Below, piece after piece: positions 50,001-61,100 of a stretch of 64,000 nucleotides of DNA. The notes below the pieces were generated by a model. That model saw only the letters and a list, made by a program, of their open reading frames with translations. It searched no databases and was not told where the DNA came from. Within the stretch, counting starts at the first letter, position 1. Each line of letters starts with the position of its first letter. The DNA comes from Macrostomum lignano (lineage: Eukaryota), in NCBI GenBank assembly GCA_002269645.1, contig NIVC01000426.1, positions 248,001 to 312,000 on the forward strand, in the 5' to 3' direction. The position numbers and the translations under genes are program-made.

Positions 50001-51239
50001 AGAGGGATGCTGGGATGGATAATGGAGAGGATGGTGCTAGGATGGATGATGAAGAGGGGATGCTGGGATGGATGAGTGGGGATGCTGGGATGTATGATGG
50101 AAAGGGGATGCTGATGTAGAACCGTCTTGAGAAAAATCGACTGTCGCTGACCTGTTTGGTGACAGTACATGGTGCACTCTGTTCGCTTCCAGCTAGAATC
50201 GTTGTCAGCATCCCTCGTGACAACGATGTCGAGGAGCGCAAGGTGGCTCTGAATTCCGCCGACGAGGTATTCGCCGATCTGAGAGACCGGCACATCAACG
50301 CGATTGGCAAGCTGCTGAGCAAGTTCGCTAGGAACATTTCAGCTCAGTTTGACGTGAGCGGTTATAGTTGTCAGCTTGTGTCTATTGAAAGTAGACAGAG
50401 AAGCTATTAAATTCCCAAATTGCCAACATATTATAAGAACTAAATTGCCCCGGTACAGAATTGCTGAATTCCCCTGGACAAAGTTATCGAATTCCATCCT
50501 GTACTAAATGGAATTCCCCTTTGCAAAGGCACCGAATTCCCCGCTTGCAAAAATCACCGAATTCCCTTGCGAAAAAGCGCCGGATTCCCCTGCGCAAAAG
50601 CACCGAATTCCCCGCTTTCGAAAGTACCGAATTCCCCTGCAAAAGCACCGAATTCTCTCTGCAAAAGCACCGAATTCCCTCCTGCAAAAGCACCGAATTC
50701 CCCTTACAAAAGCACCGAATTCCCCCTTACAAAAACACTGAATTCCCCTGCGCAAAAGCACTTGGTTCCCCATTCCCCAACCCTTCTCAATCAGGAGCGC
50801 CACCAAGCGACCACAGTAGCCGAGCTAAAGAAGATCGTCAGCAAGCTGCCGCACATGCAGGCCGCCAAAAACTCATTGGCGGTGTTCACCACAGTGACAG
50901 AGAAGGTCAAAGCGCACACGGAAAGTGACGAATACATGGACCTGTACGAATGCCAGCACGAGCTGGTGCACGGCTACGAGACTGACCGGGCCAACCCGTT
51001 CATCGAGTCGCTGATCGCCCGCGAGGGCCCCCTGCCGGACGTGCTGCGGCTCATCTGCATTCAGTCATTCTGCAACGGCGGTCTCAAGCCCAAACTGGCC
51101 CAGCAGTACATGCGGGATATTGCTCAGGTGGGCTGCGGTCTCCTGGGCTCAGCTGTGTCTGTCTGAGTGTCTGTCCGAGTGTCTGTCTGTCTGTCTGTCT
51201 GTCTGCCTGTGTCTGTCTGTCTGTCTGTCTGTCTCCCTG

Positions 51240-51282
<43 letters not shown>

Positions 51283-53340
51283 ATACTATATTTCTATGAA
51301 AATCAAGAGCATGGCTGTCTTCAAACGCAGGCGTACGGAGCCGACAAGCTGGTCACGTGGTGCAATCTGGTCAAAGCCGGCCTCATTGCCGAGCAGAAGC
51401 CGGGCGCCAGGAATCACTACTCGGCCATTAAAACTACGCTCAGCCTGTGCCCGGAGCAGCTCAGCGAAGAGGCGCCAGCGGATTTTCACTACGTGACGAG
51501 CGGCTACGCGCCAATCAGCGCCCGACTGGTGCAGAAATTCTCGCAGCCCGGCTGGCGGGGCATCCGCGACGCCTTGGACTTCCTGCCGGGCGGCCCGGTC
51601 TATGAAGCCATTCAGAAGGTCAAGGGGCTGCGGCAGGGTGAGGAGGGGGAAGGTCAATGCACTTTACTGGGCAATTCTTGCACTTGTAAGGCTGACGCAC
51701 CATTTCTTAGAGTTTATGACCGGTATGAGACACCCATTTTCTTAGAGTTTATGACCGGTATGAGACACCCATTTCCTTGGAGTTTATGACCAGTATGAGA
51801 CACCCATTTCCTTGGAGTTTATGACCAGTATGAGACACCCATTTCCTTAGAGTTTATGACCAGTATGAGACACCCATTTCCTTGGAGTTTATGACCGGTA
51901 TGAGACACCCATTTCCTTGGAGTTTATGACCAGTATGAGACACCCATTTCCTTGGAGTTTATGACCAGTATCCTTCGGGGTTATGACCAGGATGTTATCC
52001 CAAACTTGTTTATAACTCCAATTCTCTCCGCAGACGGCCCTGTCCCGCCCGTGTACTCGGCGGACACCAAGCACAACCTCGTTGTATTTGTGGGGGGCGC
52101 CACCTATTCTGAAATCAGCGCGCTTCGCTTCCTGTCCCAATCGGACGATTGTGAGTTGCCTGTCTATACGCTGCTACCTGGTTTTTGTACATGTACCTGC
52201 TTGTGTTCTCTCGCATCCGCCTGCATTCCCCATCCGTCTGCATTCCCCATCCGCCTGCCTTCCCCACTCGCCTGCCTTTCCCATCCGCCTGCCTTCTCCA
52301 TCCCCCATCCACTTCCCTTCCCCACCCCCATCCGCTTCCCTTCCCCATCCCCCATCCGCTTCCCTTCCCCATCCCCCATCCGCTTCCCTTCCCCATCCCA
52401 ATCCGCTTCCCTTCCCCATCCCCCATCCGCTTCCCTTCTCCATCTCCCATCCGCTTCCCTTCCCCATCCCAATCCGCTTCCCTTCCCCATCCCCCATCCA
52501 CTTCCCTTCCCCACCCCCCATCCGCTTCCCTTCCCATCCCCCATCCGCTTCCCTTCCCCATCCCAATCCGCTTCCCTTCCCCATCCCCCATCCACTTCCC
52601 TTCCCCACCCCCATCCGCTTCCCTTCCCCATCCCCCATCCGCTTCCCTTCCCCATCCCAATCCGCTTCCCTTCCCCATCCCCCATCCGCTTCCCTTCCCC
52701 ATCCCCCATCCGCTTCCCTTCCCCATCCCCCATCCGCTTCCCTTCCCCATCCCCCATCCGCCTGCCTTCTCCATCCCCCATCCGCTTCCCTTCCCCATCT
52801 CCCATCCGCTTCCCTTCCCCATCCCAATCCGCTTCCCTTCCCCATCCCCCATCCGCTTCCCTTCCCCATCCCCATCCGCTTCCCTTCCCCATCCCCCATC
52901 CGCTTCCCTTCCCCATCCCCCATCCGCTTCCCTTCCCCATCCCCCATCCGCTTCCCTTCCCCATACCCCATCCGCTTCCCTTCCCCATCCGCTTCGCTTC
53001 CCCATACCCCATCCGCTTCCATTCCCCATCTCCCATCCGCTTCCCTTCCCATCTCCCATCCCCCATCCGCTTCCCTTCCCCATCCCCCATCCACTTCCCT
53101 TCCCCATCCCCATCCGCTTCCCTTTCCCATCCCCCATCCGCTTCCCTTCCCCATCCCCCATCCGCCATCCGCAATGCCATCCCCAGCAGATCGCAGAGTT
53201 TGCTATGCCGACTCCGCCCCAACCCCGTTGCAGTCCCAGCTGACTACATCGTCCTCACCACAGGCCTGCTGAGCAGTCAATCATTTCTCGATCCCTTCAT
53301 TGAGGAGATAAATTTGACAAATCTAAATCCATTTGTCTGA
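47085..53340 (+). CDS. VPS33A: Vacuolar protein sorting 33A (Sec1/Munc18 family, HOPS/CORVET), 599 aa
   Basis: Exons 47085-47171, 47258-47466, 48554-48737, 48814-48930, 49521-49698, 50193-50353, 50795-51127, 51331-51637, 52034-52150, 53234-53340 (total 1800 nt, phases consistent). Motifs LDLLPFDNDLL, IIIDRSCDPLTPLVPQLNFEGLI, LRLICIQSFCNGGLK, SGYAPISARL, VVFVGGATYSEISALRFL. A rather than B is judged from remembered similarity. Confidence 0.93.
47535..48510. repeat. About 42 bp minisatellite in VPS33A intron 2
   Basis: GATCCCAGCTAGATCCAGGCCATTGTGACTCGCTAAAGTGCAATTAA repeated. Confidence 0.95.
48950..49444. repeat. About 40 bp minisatellite in VPS33A intron 4
   Basis: CTGATAGATGTGGCATCTGATGCAGTAGTGTCTGTCTGTCCAGT repeated. 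Confidence 0.95.
49730..50112. repeat. Degenerate purine-rich minisatellite (GGAGAGGGATGCTGGGATGGAT)n
   Basis: Read directly; VPS33A intron 5. Confidence 0.88.
50485..50760. repeat. About 24 bp minisatellite (GCAAAAGCACCGAATTCCCC)n
   Basis: Read directly; VPS33A intron 6. Confidence 0.88.
51170..51280. repeat. (GTCT)n microsatellite in VPS33A intron 7
   Basis: Read directly. Confidence 0.9.
51705..51965. repeat. About 39 bp minisatellite in VPS33A intron 8
   Basis: GAGTTTATGACCAGTATGAGACACCCATTTCCTTG repeated. Confidence 0.92.
52215..53165. repeat. C-rich minisatellite (CCCCATCCGCTTCCCTTCCCCATC)n in VPS33A intron 9
   Basis: Read directly. Confidence 0.95.
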
Positions 53341-54605
53341 CCTCAAGTCACTGTAGCACCTTGAACATTCTGGCCACGCCAATTGCATGCATAATTGTTA
53401 GTTTAGTGTATCAAATACATCGGATATGATTGTTATACTCAAAAGCAAATTAAGCACTCTCTGTTGAAATTCCAGTTCGATTTTTTAAAAACTGTTGCCA
53501 CAATTCTATTTCAGTATAACTTTGCTGCGCTGTAAATTTGTTATAGTCAGAGATTTCTTATTCAAAATCTAATGGATTTCATTGATTGCTTGTCATCTAA
53601 ATAAATGAATAAATTAGTTTAATTAGTGGAGCGGATCGCGGGGAAATTTTAATGAAATTTAACCCGCTTTGTACTATTCTTCACGTAGCTTGATCAATTT
53701 TGTTTCGCCGAGTATAATTTTATTAAGAATTCTCTAGGTTTATAATACACTCTGGTTTATTTTTAGCCTAGCACTAAACTAGCAATTTGCGCCATTGATG
53801 AGGTAACAAAAAAAATGTTTGAATAAACATCACGTAGGTGACCTCCTCTATCAGCTTTGACTCAAAGTATCTGAGCAACCCTCCATGAGCCAAGCAGTTT
53901 AGAAATTCCCTTATGATCCTGTACATTTGCATTGTTGGTATCTTAGGGGGAATGATGTTTTCCCTATGATGATGCTCCCCTCCCCAATGAGCCACAGCAT
54001 TTCGCAGAGTCGGCAGTTACCAAGATAAATGTTTGCATGCCGCACCAACCCAATGCCGGATGTCAACTCTCACAAGTAAAGTAGCTGCTGCTACATGTAG
54101 ACTTAGGATCTGCTACATGGGATCTGAATATCGTTCAAATAATGGAACCTATCCTAGGTTTAGATAGGGAATAAATTGCTCTAACAAAAATGTGCACAGA
54201 TTTCTCTACATCAGGTAAAAGCTGCATTGGCGTTGGCGTCAACTGCAGTATACAGATCAGGTTCTACAAAGTAAATTTTGAGTGTGGGAATCGACAAACA
54301 TCTGGCTGTTGGTGAAATACAAAAATTGATATTGGGTATACAGTTTGCTTAATTATGGCGAAGGTGTGATTTCATTTCACAAAAGCGAACCTTTGCAGGA
54401 ACTTTTCAAATGTTTTCCAATGCAGAAAAGGCGACTTATATCGTCTTGGTAGCGATCAAACAAGCTATGAATGCAGCTGATTTGAGCTACCAAGATCTAG
54501 GAAGGTCATTTTTATCTCTAATATGATTTCTTAAACAGTTTAAACGATCCTTGTAATTAATTGCGTGTAAATTGCCTTGTCTATGAAGAGTTCTCTGCCA
54601 CCAAT

Positions 54606-54726
54606 TTTTATTAGAGACCTGAGCTGTGGCTGTGTGCACCCTGGCGCACTTTAAGCGACATTGTCGCACAACCGGCGAGAGGCATTGCTGCCCATTCCGC
54701 CGACTCCCCTGTGCAGGCACACAAGC
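54606..54726 (-). mobile_element. 5'-truncated copy of the SINE at 1002-1373
   Basis: 54631-54726 matches 1033-1128 with 8 mismatches in 96 bp; it shares the TTTTTATTAGAG tail end. Confidence 0.85.
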
Positions 54727-55334
54727 TGCTAGATGTGGATTGTGCTATCCGCTAATACGCTGACCATTACTGAAGGCAGCTCCGAGAGGGGCTCAATTGC
54801 TGAGTTGTCGTGGCGCATCGAGGAATTGCAAAAATTCTTGGGCTCAGGGGGAATTTCTGAAATGCTGTGACTCGGCAGGCTTAGGGTTAGGGTTCAATTA
54901 TTAAAGAATCGCCGTGTCAATCACAAAAGATTCATAGCGTGAATTACTGAAAGGTGAAGGCTCATAAAGGAAATTTTTTTAAGATGTAAAGGCGCTGTGG
55001 CTCATTGGGTTGGGTTTGGATTCAATCATGAAAGAATCGCCCTGTCAAGCGTAAAAGACTCATTGGGGAATTGCTGAGATGCTGTGGCTAATTGCAGAGA
55101 TGTCAAGGCTTACGGAGGAAATTGCTTGTGATGCAATGCTCATGGGAGATAGCTAAGATGTCAAAGTTCACGCATGTTGTTCGGGTTAGGGTTAAACCAT
55201 AGAATAATCGCCCTGTGAAACAATAAAGACTCATGTGGGATTTCTGAGACGTCAAAGCTCATGCAGTGATTTGCTGACATTTCAAGGCTATGGAGAATTG
55301 CTGAAATGCTATGGCTGGAGTATTGGAGTAAGGG

Positions 55335-56050
55335 TCGGAGATATGAAGTGTCGGAGATATGAAGTGTCGGAGATATGAAGTGTCGGAGATATGAAGTGTC
55401 GGAGATATGAAGTGTCGGAGAAGTGAAGTGTCGGAATTATGAAGTGTCGGAGATATGAAGTGTCGGAGATATGAAGTGTCGGAGATATGAAGTGTCGGAG
55501 ATATGAAGTGTCGGAGATATGAAGTGTCGGAGATATGAAGTGTCGGAGATATGAAGTGTCGGAGATATGAAGTGTCAGAGCTATGAAGTGTCGGAGATAT
55601 GAAGTGTCGGAGATATGAAGTGTCGGAGATATGAAGTGTCGGAGATATGAAGTGTCGGAGTTCTGAAGTGTCGGAGATATGAAGTGTCGGAGATATGAAG
55701 TGTCGGAGATATGAAGTGTCGGAGATATGAAGTGTCGGAGATATGAAGTGTCGGAGATATGAAGTGTCGGAGATATGAAGTGTCGGAGATATGAAGTGTC
55801 GGAGATATGAAGTGTCGGAGTTCTGAAGTGTCGGAGATATGAAGTGTCAGAGATATGAAGTGTCGGAGATATGAAGTGTCGGAGATATGAAGTGTCGGAG
55901 ATATGAAGTGTCGGAGTTCTGAAGTGTCGGAGATATGAAGTGTCGGAGATATGAAGTGTCGGAGATATGAAGTGTCGGAGATATGAAGTGTCGGAGTTCT
56001 GAAGTGTCGGAGATATGAAGTGTCGGAGATATGAAGTGTCGGAGTTCTGA
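55335..56050. repeat. About 17 bp minisatellite (CGGAGATATGAAGTGT)n
   Basis: Read directly. Confidence 0.96.
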
Positions 56051-56721
56051 AGCGCAGAATCCATGCATACATCTATAAATGGCAGAGAAGTGCTTTTCCC
56101 GCATTGAGATTGTCATGCAGCTCATTGTTCCCTGAAGTTGTTTGCATTCTAGCAGATGCGCATAGGTGTGTGGGCTCATTAAGTTTGGTCCAGATAACAA
56201 TCTGTTACCATGGTAACAGCACGAGTGCAAGAAGAAATATTTACCAAAGTAAAAAGCTGACTGATTAAGTCTGTTTGCGGTTATTATTCAGCAGTTTGTC
56301 AATTCAGATTTACCGTAAATGTTTTACGAGTATATTTTATCGCAGATTTACGCTCGTAACAGTTCAAATAGGACTTTGCAATAAAGGGCAATTAAATACG
56401 AGTATTGCTTCAACCGTTTAAAAAAAATTCCACGAGTATATAATTAAAGAGTTCTAACAGAGTGTAAAATGTTTTCGATTAAAATGTCTGACAGATAGCG
56501 GGGCTCCTACTAGCTCGTATAGCAAATAAATATGCAGAAAATACAACAGCAAATAGTATTTCGGGGGCTCTGTAAAACGTGTCGCTAGCTACGAGTTTTG
56601 GAAAAAACGAAACAGAAAAGGACTTTATCTGTTTAAAATTCTTCTGTTTACCTATGTTAGGTCTGTTTAAAAGTGAAAAAATTCTCAATCATTACATCTT
56701 CAAAGTTAATGTTTACGTCCT

Positions 56722-58130
56722 CTCCATGACTCTCCCAGCTGCTCTCCTCTCCATGACTCTCCCAGCTGCTCTCCTCTCCATGACTCCCCACAGCTGCTCT
56801 CCTCTCCATGAGTCTCCCAGCTACTCTCCTCCCCATGACTCTCCCAGCTGCTCTCCTCTCCATGACTCTCCCAGCTGCTCTCCTCTCCATGACTCTCCCA
56901 GCTGCTCTCCTCCCCATGACTCTCCCAGCTGCTCTCCTCCCCATGACTCTCCCAGCTGCTCTCCTCTCCATGACTTTCCCAGCTGCTCTCCTCTCCATGA
57001 CTCTCCCAGCTGCTCTCCTCTCCATGACTCTCCCAGCTGCTCTCCTCTCCATGACTCTCCCAGCTGCTCTCCTCTCCATGACTCCCCACAGCTGCTCTCC
57101 TCTCCATGAGTCTCCCAGCTACTCTCCTCCCCATGACTCTCCCAGCTGCTCTCCTCTCCATGACTCTCCCAGCTGCTCTCCTCTCTATGACTTTCCCAGC
57201 TGCTCTCCTCTCCATGACTTCCCAGCTGCTCTCCTCTCCATGACTCCCCACAGCTGCTCTCCTCTCCATGAGTCTCCCAGCTACTCTCCTCCCCATGACT
57301 CTCCCAGCTACTCTCCTCTCCATGACTCTCCCAGCTGCTCTCCTCTCCATGACTCTCCCAGCTGCTCTCCTCTCCATGACTCTCCCAGCTGCTCTCCTCC
57401 CCATGACTCTCCCAGCTGCTCTCCTCCCCATGACTCTCCCAGCTGCTCTCCTCTCCATGACTTTCCCAGCTGCTCTCCTCTCCATGACTCTCCCAGCTGC
57501 TCTCCTCTCCATGACTCTCCCAGCTGCTCTCCTCTCCATGACTCTCCACAGCTGCCCTCCCCTAGCTACTCTCTCCTAGGTTACTCTTCCTTATCTACAC
57601 CCCTATCTACACTCCCCTTACTACTCACCCCAACTACTCTCCACTTCTCCTAACTACTCTCACCTAGCTACTCTCCCCTAGCTACTCTCTCCTAGCTACT
57701 CTCCCCTAGCTACTCTCCCCTAGCTACTCTCCCCTAGCTACTCTCCCCTAACTACTCTCCCCTAACTACTCTCCCCTAGCTACTCTCCCCTAACTACTCT
57801 CCCCTAACTACTCTCCCCTAGCTACTCTCCCCTAACTACTCTCCCCTAACTACTCTCCCCTAGCTACTCTTCCCTAACTACTCTCCCCTAACTACTCTCC
57901 CCTAACTACTCTCCCCTAGCTACTCTCCCCTAGCTACTCTCCCCTAACTACTCTCCCCTAGCTACTCTCCCCTAGCTACTCTCTCCTAACTACTCTCCCC
58001 TAACTACTCTCCCCTAGCTACTCTCCCCTAGCTACTCTCCCCTAGCTACTCTCCCCTAACTACTCTCCACTAGCTACTTCTCCTTATCTAAACCCCTACT
58101 CGATCCCTACTCGATCTCCCTAGCAACTCA
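56722..58130. repeat. Adjacent C-rich arrays: 25 bp (CCATGACTCTCCCAGCTGCTCTCCT)n to about 57545, then 14 bp (CTACTCTCCCCTAG)n
   Basis: Read directly. Confidence 0.93.
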
Positions 58131-58155
58131 ACCCTATCTACTCTCCCACTGCTAC

Positions 58156-61100
58156 CTAGCAGGCCCCAAATCCCAGCAGCTTTACATCAACATATCCATA
58201 ATCCGAGGCATTGTTGCCTCCGGTGACGGCCATGCAGTCGGAGCCGCCGCAGTAAGAGCCGCCGCCGCCGCCAGTAACCTTGTAGTAGGTGCCGGCCCCG
58301 CCGCCGCTATAGCCTCCGCCGCCTCCCCGGCGCCCAGAGCCGGTCCGCCGCCGCCGCCTCCGCCGAAGCCGCCAACAGCGTGGTTGTTGGCGGAGCCGCC
58401 GACTCCGCCAACCCAGCCCTCGGCGCGGCTGCCGCCCCGCTCTCCGTAGGCCGTGTCGCTCCTGGCCGGTGCAGCGGCCAGCCAGCCGGCGCCGGGGCCG
58501 CCGCGCAGTCCCTCCGTGTTGCTGCTGGGCACCCAACTGCCCGGCTGGCCGTTGGCGCCGCCCAAGCCGTTGTTCTGCGGCCAGTCCTCAGTGTACGAGT
58601 CGGTGCCGTTCGGGCCCGCCTGGCCGTTGCGGCCTGGCACCCAAAATCCGAGTTTTTCTTATTACTGGCAACCAATTAGGCATATGATGCTGGATCTCCT
58701 ACGAGCTGATACTCGTAACATACCTGGCGCCCATCATAGCGCTGCTGCACTCTCTCCCATTAGCACACCAGCGCGATTTGCACTCCCGTCCCATTAGCAC
58801 AAAATTACAATTTGCACTCCCGTCCCATTAGCACAAAAGTACAATTTGCACTCCCGTCCCATTAGCACAAAAGTACAAGTTACACCCCTAACCATTAACA
58901 CAAAAGTACAATTTTCACCCCTAACCATTAACACAAAAGTACAATTTGCACCCCTAACCATTAGCACAAAATTACAAGTTACACCCCTAACCATTAGCAC
59001 AAAAGTACAATTTGCACCCCTAACCATTAGCACAAAAGTACAATTTGCACCCCTAACCATTAGCACGAAATTACAATTTGCACCCCTAACCATTAGCACA
59101 AAAGTACAATTTGCACCCCTAAACATTAGCACGAAATTACAATTTGCACCCCTAACCATTAGCACAAAAGTACAAGTTACACCCCTAACCATTAGCACAA
59201 AAGTACAATTTGCACCCCTAACCATTAGCACAAAAGTACAATTTGCACTCCCGTCCCATTAGCACAAAAGTACAAGTTACACCCCTAACCATTAGCACAA
59301 AAGTACAATTTGCACCCCTAACCATTAGCACAAAAGTACAATTTGCACCCCTAACCATTAGGACAAAAGTACAATTTGCACCCCGTCCCATTAGCACAAA
59401 AGTACAAACTCCCATACCGGTGTAAGCTCGTCCAGCGCCTCCGCCGCCGCCAGCGGCCACCAGCAGGCTGGCGTTGGCCTGCAGGTAGACGAAGCTGCCG
59501 CCTCCACCGCCACCGCCGGCTCCGTCGTTCGCCTGCGAGGTGTTGCCGCCGCGCTGGCCGACAACCACGGCCAGGGCGAGGCCGGCCGCCAGGCTGAAGC
59601 TACCGGCCACGGAGGCCCCGTAGCCGCCCATGGTGACGGGGTTGAAGCCGATCCAAGTGGAGCCGCCGCGGGCGCCTCGGGCCTCAATGCGGTAGCAGCC
59701 GGTCACGTTGATCTGGGCCGACTGGATGGCACCGGTGGCGCCTGTGCCCGTGGCTGCGGTGGTTTGGACGGTTGGCGATTGTAACAGGCGTCTTTGTGCG
59801 ATTTTTACGCCTAGAGCTGCATGCGTTTATCTGGACTGGAATTCACGTCAGGGGCGCCTAAAGCTTGAATATATGGACTGGATTACAAGACAAGGACGCC
59901 TAAGGCTTGAACATCTGGATTAGAATACAAGACAAGGACGCCTAAAGCTTAAATATCTGGACTAGAATACAGGACAAGGACGCCTAAAGCTTAAATATCT
60001 GGACTAGAATACAAGACAAGGACGCCTAAAGCTTAAATATCTGGACTAGAATACAAGACAAGGACGCCTAAAGCTTGAACATCTGGACTAGAATACAAGA
60101 CAAGGACGCCTAAATCTTGAATATATGGACTAGAATACAAGACAAGGACGCCTAAAGCTTAAATATCTGGACTAGAATACAAGACAAGGACGCCTAAAGC
60201 TTGAACATCTGGACTAGAATACAAGACAAGGACGCCTAAATCTTGAATATATGGACTAGAATACAAGACAAGGACGCCTAAAGCTTAAATATCTGGACTA
60301 GAATACAAGACAAGGACGCCTAAAGCTTGAATATCTGGTGTGGAATACAAGTTAGGGACGCCTAGAGCCAGATTTCTATATTTGGAATACAAGACAGGGA
60401 CGCGAAAAGCTAGATATCTGGACTGGAATACAATACATGGACGTTTAAATCTTGGAATTTGTTGAGAGTCAGGAATTCTGGGTAGATGTACACACTTGTT
60501 GCGAGTCTGTGCCTATACAAATAGATGGTGCATACATATAAGTCTATATTGTATAGGTATGTATTGCTGTAAAAACGTTTCTGAGGCCAGAATTTCTAAA
60601 AGCCTTGCGTACCCTAGAGCGAACTTCAAGCAGCACAGACAGCCACTCTTTAGACGAACCCTACAGGTGCTTCAATTAATTATTAGTGTAATCCGTCTAG
60701 TATTGGATGATGAACTTCTTTGATATTTTGTCTGCCACAAATTTCGCATAGTTACTAAAGTACTTGAAGTATAGACAGACTAATGAAATGGATTTATGCA
60801 AAGAAAATTTCTTAGTCGAATGCCCCACAGCAGTGACTGTCTCGGTAAAAAAATTCAAACATTTCTTTTGTAGTCCTGTGGTCATTTTCTTATTAACATA
60901 TTCTGTTTACTGTTTCATTAGCTAGGCGAGAAGTTCCGGAAAGTCTGCTTACGGCAAAACCTACCTCTGTGTCAACCAGATCCCGCGCAATCCCTGTGTC
61001 AGCTCACTCCGATCCCGCACATTCCCTGTGTCAGCTCACTCCGATCCCGCAACATCCCTGTGTCAGCTCACTCCGATCCCGCAACATCCCTGTGTCAGCT

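Noticed and set aside
52082-53272. Several 330-400 aa ORFs
   Set aside because: They are translations of the C-rich intronic array; only 52034-52150 and 53234-53340 are VPS33A exons.
53774-54600. Possible decayed transposon or gene fragment on the minus strand
   Set aside because: Short stop-rich frames with no motif I can recognise.
54840-55310. Interstitial telomere
   Set aside because: Only one or two TTAGGG units, inside a degenerate repeat of about 130 bp.
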